Source: Klebsormidium nitens (lineage: Eukaryota > Plantae > Klebsormidiophyceae). From it: a DNA stretch of 64,000 nucleotides. Below the pieces are notes generated by a model. That model saw only the letters and a program-made list of their open reading frames with translations. It was not told where the DNA came from and did no database searches. Below are positions 39,101 through 50,919 of this stretch, piece by piece. The stretch spans positions 62,001 to 126,000 of the forward strand of contig DF237123.1 of NCBI GenBank assembly GCA_000708835.1, given 5' to 3'. Position 1 is the stretch's first letter; each line of letters begins with the position of its first letter. The position numbers and the translations under genes are program-made.

Positions 39101-40290
39101 AGTACTTATGATTGAAAAAATCAGTTATCCTTAGAAGGGGTGTTTGCAGCGAGTTGGGAACATGATGCGCCTTGGTAAGCAAATAAGAGGAGTTTCGAAG
39201 GACCCTTACATTGCCCGAAGCTTGGCCGTTTGGCGTTTTGGACGATAAAGATTCGGACAGTCTCATGGTCCTTCGAAACCCTCTATCTTGCTCGAGAAGG
39301 CACGTCAAGCTTCAATTCACCGCCGATTCCCTTTCAATTTTCTTCGTCTGACGTCTTTGTAGGAGGTCGACGGCACCGGACTGTACTTAGCGGTCCTGTT
39401 CAGCGTTTTGGACGACAAAGATTCGGACGCACCGCTCCTGGCCGACGCGGAGGCCCGCTTCGTGGGCGTCGCCGAGCGGGTGCTGGGTGAGGCGTCGGCG
39501 CTGCAGAGCGACCGGGCGGACTCCACCAGGAGCCACCAGGCGCTGGGGCTCAAGGCGCCAGTAACTGTCAAGGTGAGTTTGAGGGTTTGGTGTCTTTGAA
39601 TCTTCTCTAAGATCTAGATAGTGCAGATTCTGAATCGGGGGTCGAGATTTCGTTCAGATCACTGTAGCGATCCTCATATCATGGTCATCTACAACCCCGC
39701 TCCTTTTCAATCACGTCCCAGCTGTTGTCGATTAGAGCCAGACGGTAATCCGTGAGAAGCACATCAGGTCTCAGGGTGGTCTTAGAGCGTGTCGTGAAGA
39801 GCCTCAACGCCCCGTGATTGCTGACGTCACAGCGTTCTGTCACGACAGGTGTTGGACGCCCTTCAGACGGTTTCGGAGCCGGTGTTCAAGCGGCACTTTG
39901 AGCAGCTGTACCCGCACTTGACCACGCTGATTGGCAGCGACCAGGTGAGAGGACGACACGTGTCGTATCCTCAGACCTCCATTATTGGCATGCATGGCCG
40001 TGGCGACGAAGTTTTGTTGGCAGTATCTGCATTTGGAGAGTGGTTTGGGTTCGTTATCTGCAACGGCAATAGAAAAGCAGCGCTGTGACCATAATAAGCA
40101 TTTTCAAGCACTTCCAATGTCTGGCAAACTTTGCTCCTAATCAGCGTCAAACGGCAAATTGTTTGAAAAGGCGAAGTTGAGCGGGGAAACAGCGCTTGAC
40201 GAGAAGTATCTCTTGCAGTTGGAGGTCCGAAGAGCATTGGCGAACCTGTTCTCAGCACGTCTTGGCGCTCTTCTGCCTGCTACGAAATAG
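21195..40290 (+). CDS. BIG5: Brefeldin A-inhibited Sec7-domain ARF guanine nucleotide exchange factor, BIG5/MIN7/BEN1 orthologue, complete (about 1836 aa)
   Basis: 31 phase-consistent exons: 21195-21303, 21637-21706, 22388-22688, 23118-23236, 23598-23656, 23918-24066, 24430-24654, 25221-25489, 25696-25922, 26445-26575, 26973-27086, 27841-28018, 28528-28772, 29127-29375, 29849-30163, 30507-30806, 31708-31929, 32481-32645, 32949-33134, 33550-33657, 33862-33969, 34329-34523, 35036-35311, 36085-36268, 36887-37157, 37779-37928, 38449-38585, 38819-38889, 39363-39572, 39849-39944, 40219-40290 (5511 nt). Contains the Sec7 motif [22 protein letters not shown] and the HUS box NYDCD. The N-terminus ([20 protein letters not shown]) and C-terminus ([11 protein letters not shown]) resemble Arabidopsis BIG5 as I recall it. 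Confidence 0.95.
27490..27885 (+). repeat. Tandem array of about 108-nt units (polypyrimidine tract + AG + start of BIG5 exon 12)
   Basis: TTCCGTTCGCAG|GGCGCCCC recurs with the AG ending at 27625, 27733 and 27840. A more decayed copy lies near 27490-27565. Confidence 0.95.
31180..31770 (+). repeat. Four decayed copies of the BIG5 exon-17 acceptor region, followed by the real exon start
   Basis: Variants of ACAG|GATGCCTGGTACTCAGCCCTCGAGTGCATCAGCCG at about 31185, 31335, 31480 and 31572; the true exon starts at 31708. Confidence 0.9.
35420..36180 (+). repeat. Tandem array of about 170-nt units containing the BIG5 exon-24 acceptor and its first about 30 codons
   Basis: AG|GCACTGGCGGCAATCAG...ATGGACATCGGCGGGCACGCCC units with the acceptor ending at 35576 (AAG|CAC), 35746, 35914 and 36084 (real). 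A highly decayed copy lies near 35420-35490. Confidence 0.95.
38645..38748 (+). repeat. Intronic minisatellite, about 40-nt unit x3
   Basis: CTCAGTCCTCTT(C/T)CA...AAAAAGAGGC starts at 38645, 38684 and 38725 in BIG5 intron 27. Confidence 0.85.
39041..39396. repeat. Inverted repeat: 40-nt reverse-complement copy (39041-39080) of the BIG5 exon-29 3' splice site (39357-39396)
   Basis: The reverse complement of 39041-39080 is TTGCAGGAGGTCGACGGCACCGGGCTGTACCTGGCGGTCC, versus TTGTAGGAGGTCGACGGCACCGGACTGTACTTAGCGGTCC at the true site: 36/40 identical. Confidence 0.95.
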
Positions 40291-41589
40291 GCTGATAGAG
40301 GGACTGCTATAAAGGCGGCATCACCTGAGTATGTAGCTACCTGAGACTGTGCCCGTCTTGATCCATACAGACCAGGGGAATTTCTACCCGCTCTTCACAC
40401 TCAATGGAACGGCATCGTTTGGGGGTTTGCAACAATTTGTTCGTGCAAACTTTAACGGAGGCTGGTCCCATTTTGATGGTTCGGCACACACTGATGTGAG
40501 CAGCAAAGTATTATGCTTTGTATCGAGCTTACTCATCGTCTCCCGACGGGCTGCCATCTGCACTTCATCGCGGCTACATACGGTTTCGATTATTGAGCGT
40601 ACATCACGCATTGATTGGATCTCAACGTTGGATCTGCATGAATTAGGTATTCCAACAACTGTAACCGGCTCATCGAAGCAAAGCCGGCGCTGCCGACAAG
40701 GGTCATGCAAAGCTGGCCCATCAAAAGGCCTGCCAGTTAGTAGTGCCAGCATGAGTCAGATGAGAGTCAGCCGACTGTTGCGCACAATCTTCATGTGATG
40801 TGTGCATGACTCGACAACTATTCCAAAATCTGTTCGCCAAATCCACATATGCCAGCATGGTGTATTTGTGCAATCAACAATGCTGACTTCTGGGCCCGGG
40901 CGCGGGCTTCCGGCACCGGTTCTACCGATATGCCGATGATGAGTTTTAAGATTAATTCATCAATCACAATTGTGCCCAGCCCGAAGGTTAAGCTCTAGCT
41001 AGCCCAAGTGGCATCACGGCCAGCCCGTGAGCAGCGACAGTGCAGTGATCGACAGATGCAGCAAATCACTAAGATGATGTGGGGATGAAACAACCATACC
41101 CATGTGATTAATCCAGTTTTGCAACGGCGACCCGTGAGTTTGTTCCGGCCTCACAGACGGTTGAAGCGCATTACAAAGTGTATGCCTAACAAACTCAAGC
41201 ATCAGTACGTTGACCATGAAATGCCCATTGAAGGGGCGGCAGTGCAGTCAGCGCTAGCATGCTCTCGGCTGCACGGTAACCAGACTCATCTTACCAAAGT
41301 AAGCTCCTGAGACCCACTTTCTTCTTGCGCTGATCAGCAAGAGCCTGATTGGTAGCTGCATATGCCTGGAGGAATCAGATGAGAGGTCTACTGTCTAAAG
41401 TTTGTTGATTTATAGGAACGTATCTTGCCGCCTGCAACACAGTTCCTGATAAAGGAATTGACGCCTTAACTAATAGTGCATGTGGAGAGCATCATGCCGC
41501 TTCTATCTGATGACCTAGCTTTAAGATCCGCCTAATTTTCCTAATTCTAAGGTGGAAGAGTCAAATGTGCCGCGCGCCTAACTATCCAA

Positions 41590-42758
41590 TCAGACCCAAG
41601 CACCTTTCTTCTTTCCTTTCTTAGCAAGCCGCCCCTTCTTCCCCTTTCTGACTCTAATGCCGCTGCTCTTCTTTTTTATTCCACCTTTTGACTTCAGTGC
41701 CTTCTTCGTCTTCGAAGCCCCGTCCACGGCCATGTCTTCTGTCGCCTCATCTGGCGCTCCTTCCCTGCCTCGAGACGGCTCCGCTTCTGAAAAAAAGTTG
41801 GTCAAATCTTAGGGGCATGCAGTCTTCTGTGTGAATATTGTCATCAAGCTTTACTATCCCAACTTCTGGCAACGACGTTCCTGATAAAGCTGACCAGATT
41901 CAAAAGTGGTGGCGCCAACTTGGCCACAATGACCTGCTAGAACAAAAGAAATGCTAACAAAAGTAGGACCAAAAAGCCTTCGGCCCGGAGCTCAGAATCT
42001 ACAATGGAGGCGTAAAGCGGCTCAGGACAGTGCACATACAACAGGGTGTACAAACAAAACATGATGGTGGTAGCGCGCTACCGCTCGGAAAGACTTTCAG
42101 AGTAAGTCGAAAGTAGCGCACGTGTTCTAGCAACTACCTTACAACACTGCAAACTAAGCCAGCATCAATTTTGAATGTTAGCTGCGGGTGCCAAACATAC
42201 TGACTGCGACATGCTGAGCAGGGAACTGCTTTCATAAGATACAGAGGTGGTGCATAATGCTGCCACTAAGAAACTACACTTCACTGGCCCAACTCTTTTT
42301 AAGTCAAGTTCTGCACTAAAAAACAATTTTTGCAGCATCGCCCCAATAAAACACCAGTCTTGAGTCTGCAGTTGCTGGTGCGGTGACCATTACCAGATGC
42401 AAACCCTAAAATCAGCAACTACCATTGCCAACTTTTTTACCGGGTTCATTCCTGTATCCTCTTCTGGCTCCTGCAAAACCACCGCCTTTAAATCCCAACA
42501 ACCACCGCTCTGGAAAACAAAAGCTGAGCAAGACAAGAAGGATTTGGAAACATATTCTTGAAGAAGGACAGAGAACACCCAGACCTCACCCATTCGCTCC
42601 TCTCTGACTGCTGCTTCGTCCCCAGCCTGTTCTGTCAAGATCGCCGCAAGCTTTGCTTGCACTTCCGCATCCTTCTTGTCATAAAAGTTCGCTTGCGCCA
42701 GCTCCCTCCGCTGCGTCCGCAACCGCTTCTCCCGCTTTGAGCGGATGGACTTGCCCAT
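41590..42758 (-). CDS. Small basic, Lys-rich, probably nucleolar protein (LLP/LAPS18- or DUF2423-like N-terminus)
   Basis: Exon 42758-42590 reads MGKSIRSKREKRLRTQRRELAQANFYDKKDAEVQAKLAA... and ends at a G|GTGAGG donor (phase 1). The terminal exon 41786-41590 (TTTCAG|AA, phase 1) ends KKKSSGIRVRKGKKGRLAKKGKKKGAWV*. An optional phase-compatible exon lies at 42470-42441. Family assignment is from memory of the MxKSxRSK..KR motif. Confidence 0.75.
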
Positions 42759-43347
42759 GGTGGACCGGATGCGTGTATTCGGCGCTGTCACCTTGCCTCG
42801 CAGTATCGCTTGGACAACAGACAGGATGGATACGCCTCTTGTCCTGGCGCCCCCTTGATCTCCAAGTTTCTGCCACCTTTCCTATATCGCGGCAATGGTG
42901 TTATTACACGATCCGACCGTTTTACCGGTACGGATAGGGGTTGTGTCGATGGTTCTCATCTTATGCTCCTACAGGTCCCCAAAAGAGCATAGGACTACCA
43001 TTAAAGCAACTCGAGGCGTATACGCCGAATTCTATCTCTAGAGGCAAGTTATCTCAAGTCTTATATATTAGAGCTCTTTATAGGCAACGCTTATATATGT
43101 ATCGTATATGTAGTGTCGAAACCCCCCTCCCCCGACGTAACGCCAAGCAAATAACAGATAGTATGCATACTCGACTGGCACGTTCAGACTGCGTACTACG
43201 TCCTAGGGCGACCCGAAACCAGTCTGCGGCCCTTCAACAGACTGCCGAAGATAACGCGATAGAGTGACTTCTGTTACACAGTGTACACAAGAAGAGCGTA
43301 CATGGTGTACTCTTGACACGTGGCCTGACTCCAGGAAAAATGCGGAA

Positions 43348-43425
43348 TGCTCTCTAACGGGACTCGAACCGTCGACCCTTCGCTCTCAAATCCAACGCTC
43401 CTACCATTTCGGCCAATAACAGACC
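43348..43425 (-). pseudogene. Degenerate tRNA-like element (tRNA pseudogene or SINE head)
   Basis: The minus strand reads GGTCTGTTATTGGCCGAAATGGTAGGAGCGTTGGATTTGAGAGCGAAGGGTCGACGGTTCGAGTCCCGTTAGAGAGCA. It has an A-box (TGGCCGAAATGG), a B-box (GGTTCGAGTCC), an acceptor stem with 5/7 pairs and a mismatched anticodon stem. A T5 run follows about 8 nt downstream. Confidence 0.65.
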
Positions 43426-44993
43426 AACTCACAAGAGGTCAATCACAAATTGTACACACAATACAAGAAGCCACGAGAGCAGATTGAAACCGTCGATTGA
43501 CATCGACGGTTCACGCCGCTCGAGGGTTCACCTAATGCATTCTCCGACTGCAAAACGTACGCGTATTCCGTGTACATGTGCGGTACTCCATTATCTTGCG
43601 AAATGTACAGACTTGATGTGCAAATGCGCCCTTTGCAGCCAAATCTCTCCCTCCTTTCAGTCAGCCCCGCCTCTTATCTTAGTCTGCCCTCTTATTTTCC
43701 CTTATTTGCCTATTCCCACTTTTCTCGCCTCTCCGTTCTCCCGGCGTTTGGAGTGTTTCCTTAGGCTTATACAATAGCATTAGCCTCACTCAAATGGCAA
43801 TTGCGAGCGCTGCGCAGTCTAATCTTGCTGCTAAGCGCAGCTAGACCCTAGAGGCGGAGGCGGAACTTGAACGGAACGGAACTTACCGACTGGATGGGAC
43901 TCGAAACCCCGCGGGTAAACCCGCGCACGCGATCATCCGGCGGCGTCGGGTGCGCGCGAATTAACGTCAAGGCTGAAGGCTGTGCTGCCATTGATCTATA
44001 ATCTTGTTGACGAAGAAAGAACGAGGGCGAGGGCAGGGCGAGGGCGACGGCGAGGGCGCCACCATATCATTTCGTCTGCGTAGACGGAAATACGGTAAGT
44101 CACCCATCCGCCGCCCAACATCTTGTCCATAGTCCTGAACACTCTGAACTTTCTGTAATGAGACGGCCTCACATTATCGTAAGGTGACGGGATGGTGACA
44201 TACTTCTGGAGGAGCAAGTCTGAGAATCCTTGTACAGCATCTACCATAGGCCCTAGGGAGGATTGAGGGACAGCTCAGCATCCTGCCTAACAACAGCCCT
44301 GACGCGCCTTGTAGGACGGTACGTGCTTGACCACAGTGTCGAGCCTGGGCCTCATGCCCGCTTCCTCCGTCGTGAGCAGCCATCCAGCAATTCAACAGGC
44401 GGCCTAAAGAAGGAGGCCTCAGAACCAAAGAACCAGTCAGCGGCATACAAAGTCATGGGCAGGAACTTAGAGGAATCTGCTATGGAACAGCCGCTTCTTC
44501 CGTAGGTGTTCGTGTCTTCCTTGTCTCCTTGTCATTTGTCAGCCTGCTAAGCTCTTCGGTCCCCTTTTCAAGCCCAGTCTTTAAGTCTTACCAGCCTGCT
44601 AAACTGGATCGTTATAGTGCCTGTCTGCCTGCAAAAATGGTAAAGCTGTAAAGATGGACAGCACATCACTTGACTGCCTTGACGCCTTCCATCAGGTGTT
44701 GCTCGTACATGTCTTCAATTGAGCTCACAAGCCCGTGCCTTATATCATGGTGTCAACGAACCTGGCAAATCCAGGGTTATGCATCCAGGGCTATGCATCC
44801 AAGAGAAGCGCACTTGCTAATGCAATTTATCGGGCCTGATTCACTTTTCTATCCCCTAGACTCTGAAGTCTCTGCTTGATTAGTTCTTCTCGTTTCCAGG
44901 TGTGATTCACCTATCACAAAACGTATCAAGCAGAAAAGCATGCTCGTGTACACGAAATGTAGTTGCATACAAGTATGGTTGTGATGGCTGCAG

Positions 44994-45180
44994 GGCACAA
45001 GAAAGCAAGAACCAGCTAGAAGGAATCTTCAAGTACAAGAGCATCTGTTATCTGGACCGCACCCGCTACGAGAAGTTCAAACTATACCAAGATGCGCTCT
45101 TGGAGTTGGAAGCAGCTGAGCGGGCTGAGCGGAATGATCAGAATGATGGAGCTTTTTTGAGTCCAACAAAAAGTCAGTGA
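44994..45180 (+). CDS. Probable terminal exon of an unidentified gene
   Basis: CTGCAG| acceptor, then a protein-like frame AQESKNQLEGIFKYKSICYLDRTRYEKFKLYQDALLELEAAERAER...TKSQ*. Upstream exons could not be assigned. Confidence 0.4.
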
Positions 45181-47595
45181 GATCAGTGACCTGCTGTCGT
45201 TCTTCTGAAATACTGCGGGTATCAAAAGTGAAGACCTGCTATTCCGTCACTATCACATTTCTGTTGCTTGCAGTTTGTTAATCTTATAATGTGATTTCCT
45301 TCGTTTGACAGCCGGGAAGGTCTCTGATGCTGTCTGGGAGAAGGCTGCTGATGCTCATAAAGTATGGCGGACGGCTGCAAAGAAGTGCCGGGACACAATG
45401 GGCAAAAGCCCCATCCGTAAGTTTGTCCGTCCGCAAGAGACGTTGAAAAAGGTTACCTTGTTCACATTCTGATTTTCTGTTGATAAGCAACTTTGCATGA
45501 AGCAGATGAAGTGGACAACTGAGCTGCTTGAAATCTAATTGTTGAATGTTTCGCAGCTCAATTCCGGGACAGGTCTTGATTTGCTTGAATTCTTCAGGCT
45601 TCAGGATTGCTGCTTCAAAGTTGATGTTTTTGCTTCGCTACCTGATCCTGCTCTATATCTTCGTGCAGCGAACTTTCTGCTCGATGCGCTCCTCGTCGTG
45701 ACGTTTCTGCGGGCCTTGCTACGGCAGGAAGCTTGGACCAAAGGGAAAGGGTTTTATGGACCGTCAAATATCAAAAGAGATTTCTCTGTCAAGTGTCAAG
45801 AACCATCTAATATGAAAATCACATCTTTCTTAGAATGAGGACATCTCTCGTGGGTAACCTGGGCGTGACGGATGATCGCTGAGACATTTTCGGCTCCGAA
45901 TCGCGTGCAGATTGAGATCTTGAGACGGATTTGTCTCGGTCATTACTCAAGTTAAGCTGTGGATGGGCATCGATTCTACGCTGAGGAATTTTGATCATTA
46001 GATGTTATTGTGTGGAGATGCGGAACAGCCTCTCTATTCCCGCAGTACGTTAGCTAGCGCCTGAGGTGCGCCTGAGTTGCTGCAATACGTCAGAGCGCGC
46101 CAACTGAAACAAGGCGAATTTTCAATTATTGATCGGTCTCAACTACAAAACATCGTCATGCATTTCACATTCCTTGACGGCAGGCTCGGTCATGTGATGA
46201 GATCATTTCTGTCATGGATTTCTTCGAGCGGAACATGAATGATGGCAAGAACGATCAAAATTTGGGCAGCCGGATGCTGCGCACTTTTCAGCTGCCTGGG
46301 GCTTAATGTCCACCGATCTATATTGGCCTAAGGTACACATCCATGATGACTGGACCATGGGCCGCCATGTGCCATGCAGACCCCAAACATGCTTCAGGGC
46401 CGTGACTCACTGCACATCTCAGCATTGCAGCGCGCATGCATAAACGACTGGAGTATAACACTAATACATGCGGCTTTAACTAGCCGTTGGGGTGTCGACA
46501 TGGACAGTACATTGCAGTACTTGTAATTTTTGAAGATGCATTGGAGGTCCGACAGATTGGCTTAATGGCAACCATCCCGTGTCGGACTTAGGCGCGTGTG
46601 TGCACATATGCATATGATCATTGTTGGATGCTGCGGCCCAAAGTGTCAAGTGTGCAATACCCACAGCGTAATGGCTTGCATGTGCATGCCATCAGGAACT
46701 GTATACTGAGAGAGTCTTGCACATAGAAGCCTGCCGCTTTTGTAGTGAGCAACCGCCACATGTTGGACGAGATCCTGCTCCAGTGCATATATTTGAGCAG
46801 TTCATGATAAAAACCTGAAAGAAATCAACATGCACCCCTTGAAGCCTTGAAAACATCACAAAAAGGGATTGGCAGGAAGGAGACTGGCATGGCTCCGAAA
46901 TGTAGTTGTTCATTCAAAAAGTATCGAGAATCTGTCCAGATTTCTCCCATGCTCATGTTGTCCCGAAAAGTGCAACTTCGGCAGGATTGCTCCACAATTC
47001 TGGCAACGCACTGAACCAAAGTACCCAAACATTCGATGTCTGAGAACACAATCGCTGTATACCCAGAACGAGAAAAGCAAGTGGACAAAGCCGTGACCAC
47101 CTTCGCGAAATCTCCAAACGGTGAACTATCTGAACGGCTTTGCAACCGTCAGACCAGACTCACAACCTAAGCGCCCGATAACATAGCAAACAGACATTTT
47201 GTCCGACTTGCGTCCCAGCAATTTGTACAGTAGACGGCTGGCAGCTGCAGAGAGTCGAGAGGGCGGTTCCAGTTAGAAGCGAGCAGAATGTATTTGGCAG
47301 ATTATCCTTGTCAAGCCTTTTGCTATCAACAAGGTTCCGCTGACTGCTATGCTCAAATACCAATACTTGAAACCCAACTATGACAGACAGCCAAAAGGCT
47401 GCAAACGTGAGAGCGGATAGGGCGCCAACTTCCTTTGAGGCCTTTGGAGAAACCGCCAAGGAAGGCGCTTTCTGTCTTCCACCGTTCTCCTATCCTCTTG
47501 TCATACTGACGTGCAGAAACGGAAGCATGCAGGATCGGGGGACGGACGAGATCTTGCGACCAGCTCACCTCAAGCCTCACTCAAGTGTGGGCAGA

Positions 47596-49307
47596 TCACC
47601 ACTTCTTGCCCCACTTCTTGTGCTTGCCCCACTTCTTGCCGCCAAACTTGAACATATACGCCTTCTTGCTCTTGTGCTTCTTGTGCTTCCCGTACTTCCC
47701 ATGGCCGCCATAGCCGCCGTGCTTGCCGTGCTTCACAGTCTGGTAGCCGGGCACTGCGTAAGGCATCGGGTAGCCCCCAGCTGTAGATAACAACAGTTCT
47801 GTCAGAAACGTTCACTCTGGAACGGATTACGGTAGTTCTGGATAGGTTGGAAGCGGGAGCCGTGCTTGCTGTACTTCGCCTGTTTTGATGAAAGCGGAAA
47901 ACCGAATTGCGAGCAATCGGTGCCAACCTTCCCTGCTTTATGATTTGGCCGGCCAGCGTAAGGCATCAGGCAGCCCCCAGCTGTAGAGCAAACAACAACA
48001 GACAATCAGAACAGTCCAATCCAGATCTAATTACGTGACCCTGGATAGACTGGACTTTGGTGCCATGCTTCCGTGCTCTAGGCATTGGGCATCGCCAAGC
48101 CCCCATTGGCAGCCAGCGCATCAATGTTCTGCGTTTACTGGACGTCAGCTTTTATGACATCTGTAACAAATTGGGACGATATGATTGAAGTGTGTTCGTA
48201 GTCGGATTTCGATGCAATAGTAGACACTCTTCTTTTGCAGACACACCAGCCCTTTCAATCAGCTCACAAACATCATAAGAACCAATCCAATCAGGGTATT
48301 TTGGTAGTTGAGCAGTAGGACAGAGCTCGTCCTCGAAGATGGTTAGGTTGCATCCGCAATGATCGCAAAAGCATAACAAGTCTGCAATTGCAAAGTTAGA
48401 TGCGTAGTTGCAAGCACCATCCAGCTCTGCAAAAAGCCGTCAGCTTCTGAGGTCAGAAGAGCTCAGAATGGTCAAGGTCAGCAAAGTCCAAGGCAAAAGG
48501 AGCAGTAAAGCAGAACGGGAAGAGTCTTGGGACGAGGAAGGATCGCGTCAGCTCAAACTCAGGAAAGCAGATTCATCAATAGCATTTCGTTTTAGTAGGC
48601 TTGGAGCACTATGGACGTGCGGCTTTCCTAATCTCCGTTAGCTTGCTCGGATTGCCCTGGAAGTAGCCTGACTCGCAATTCCAGACAAGGAGGAGGGCTC
48701 TAAGCAACCAATGCACTATCTGATGCTTTAAGGGACGCGCAGGAGTCTGCCCTGTTAAACTGGAAAGGGAATCAAAACACATACTAACTGAGCGAAAACA
48801 AGTAGGAGGGGCAGGTGGCAACAGGACGGAAATGTCAGCAAGGCCAAGGGGAATAGATTTCGGGAGTTGGCAACAACTCACGTGCCGGGGCTGGGTAGCC
48901 GGATGGTGGATACGCTCCGCCCTGCGGGGGGTATGCCTGAGGGGGATATCCGCCAGTGGGGGGATAACCAGGGGCTCCATAACCGGGGGCGCCATACCCA
49001 GGCTGAGGATACCCCCCAGGAGCAGGGTATCCCCCAGGAGCGGGATAACCGCCAGGGGCCGGGTATGCTGGGGCGCCGTAACCCTGAGGAGGTGGGTACG
49101 GATAGGCCTGAGGAGGGTAGCCGTACCCACCCCCATGACCCCTCTCTTCGATGCCCCCCCTCGACTCAATGCCTCCTTTGTCTTGAGTGCCTCCTTCCTC
49201 TCCTGTTGGGGGAGGTTGATCGGGGTACCCCGCCGGTGGCCCCTGGGGGGGGACTTGAGGAGGGTATCCTTCAGGGTACCCTTCTGGAGGACCACCCGGG
49301 TTACCCC
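47596..49307 (-). CDS. Glycine/proline-rich protein (GPRP-like): XYPP repeats plus C-terminal HGK/KWGK repeats; first exon not located
   Basis: Exon 49307-48882 (TTGTAG|GG; GYPPQ/GYPAP/GYGAP repeats; GCAC|GTGAGT, phase 1) splices in phase to terminal exon 47780-47596 (CTACAG|CT; GGYPMPYAVPGYQTVKHGKHGGYGGHGKYGKH...KWGKHKKWGKKW*). XYPP plus HGK is the plant GPRP signature. Confidence 0.8.
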
Positions 49308-50919
49308 CTACAAGATTGTGAAGAAAAACTAGGGTTGAGAAACAAGTTGCCATTCTGTTGCTCTCATTCAAGAGAAATGAAACGAGTGAAAAGCTTTTCA
49401 CTTGTGAAAGAGTGCAAGTCTTAAGAGTCCTGATCAGAGATACCTGCATTGATCTGACATTAAAAGATGCTGTCCAGTACTGAGCTGGAAGACAGAATAA
49501 GTGGAACCTTTAGGTAGAAGTTGGCTTTCTCAGATGTTGGTTGATATTGGAGCAATACGGCACCACTTGACTTGCCTGTGCTGAGTAGGAACATCTAACT
49601 GGAGGAATGTATGTTTTTTGGAACTTGTTTCATTCTGCACCTCCAAACCAAGAACAAAACATGAAGGACCATGAAGTCAGTTGAGCCCCCTGCTTTCCCC
49701 GCAGCTCCAAAAAACTACTCCTGCTGCATATTGCAGCTCCCCCAGTGCAGTGTAAGAAGGAGACACACCAGACAGCATGAAGGGAGTGCTCATTGATGCT
49801 GACATGTAAGAAGCTCTGCACTGCCAACATGTCCACATACATGCAGGGCAAAGTTCTCTGCTTATGTGAGTAGCAAGGAGGTCTGCAATTTTCAGATAGG
49901 ACTATGAAGCAAGCAATGGAGACAGGATCAATTGCAAAAAACTGGCCATGAAAAGCTTGTCTTAACAATGAGGACGCAATTTGCAAACTACGACTTCTCT
50001 AAAGCCAATTGATTTCATGATCAACATAGAGGTGAAACGTGTACAGCAAAATGAATCTGACAAAAACCGGACTGCTGGCAGGCAGACAGACTGCCAACAG
50101 GCAGACACGACAAATCAATGTGAATTGCCTCAAAACTCTGAGCATCAGCAGCTTAGACCTCACCTGGAGGTGGATTACCCGCCATGGCCTCTCGCAGGTG
50201 GCGTGTCCTTCCACTACCTTAGAAGTAGAATTTCCTACCCTAACTACCTACAACCTGAGCAATCCAGCAACGCCTCCTTGGAATGGTCGGAAGCTCCCTT
50301 TGACTTTGACTTTGCCAAAAGATACACAAACATTGACAAGACTGTGACAGGGAGTGCTGGACGGAGTGCACGAAGGAGAACTAGAGCTGGACGAGTCAAC
50401 GATTCCCCGAGCGTCTAAAGAGTACTAGGTGCTGAGTGCTTTTAATCTGACGGTCCGAAGTTTTTGTTTTATGTTTTGGACGGCCGAGAGTTGCACCATA
50501 GTGCAGCTACAGATGATGTCACGCATTGGCCGCGCACAGAGCTGAGGGAAACCCTAGAATCCAACCATGCTGCATGTCATTGTTGAGCGGCCTCTGTTGG
50601 GATTCAGGAAGGTGGTGTGGCGGAGGGTGGCGTGCTGCAGGCTTAGAAGCCAGGTGGTCTTTGCAGGTAGGAGCAAAGGTGTTGTTGCAAATGCCAAGGG
50701 TGAGAATTCTGTTCTGAGCCCCTGGCGCCGTCACTGATGAAGTCGCTAAGTCAGATCTTACCCCCCATGAGTCAATACGCAGTTGCAGACAACTAGCACG
50801 GAGGTAGTAGAAAACGTTGATCCTGTTCCTCTGGTGAAAAAGGGTCAAACTTTGCCCATAAGAGAGGAGAGTCCACGAGCATGGGCGAGGAGGAAAAATA
50901 TCCATCGGATTGACGAAAG

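Noticed and set aside
43887-43941. Second tRNA-like fragment (GCGGGTTTACCCGC arm + GGTTTCGAGTCCC)
   Set aside because: There is no D-arm, A-box or anticodon arm. It also abuts a GTAAGT donor, so it could be exon sequence.
43790-44505. Possible gene with exons near 44005-44094 and 44315-44505 (+), or ORF 43996-44247 (-)
   Set aside because: The plus model lacks an in-frame ATG, and the minus model lacks compatible splice phases. The strand is unresolved.
48609-49424. Several long overlapping ORFs on both strands
   Set aside because: They are alternative frames of the G/P/Y low-complexity GPRP exon.
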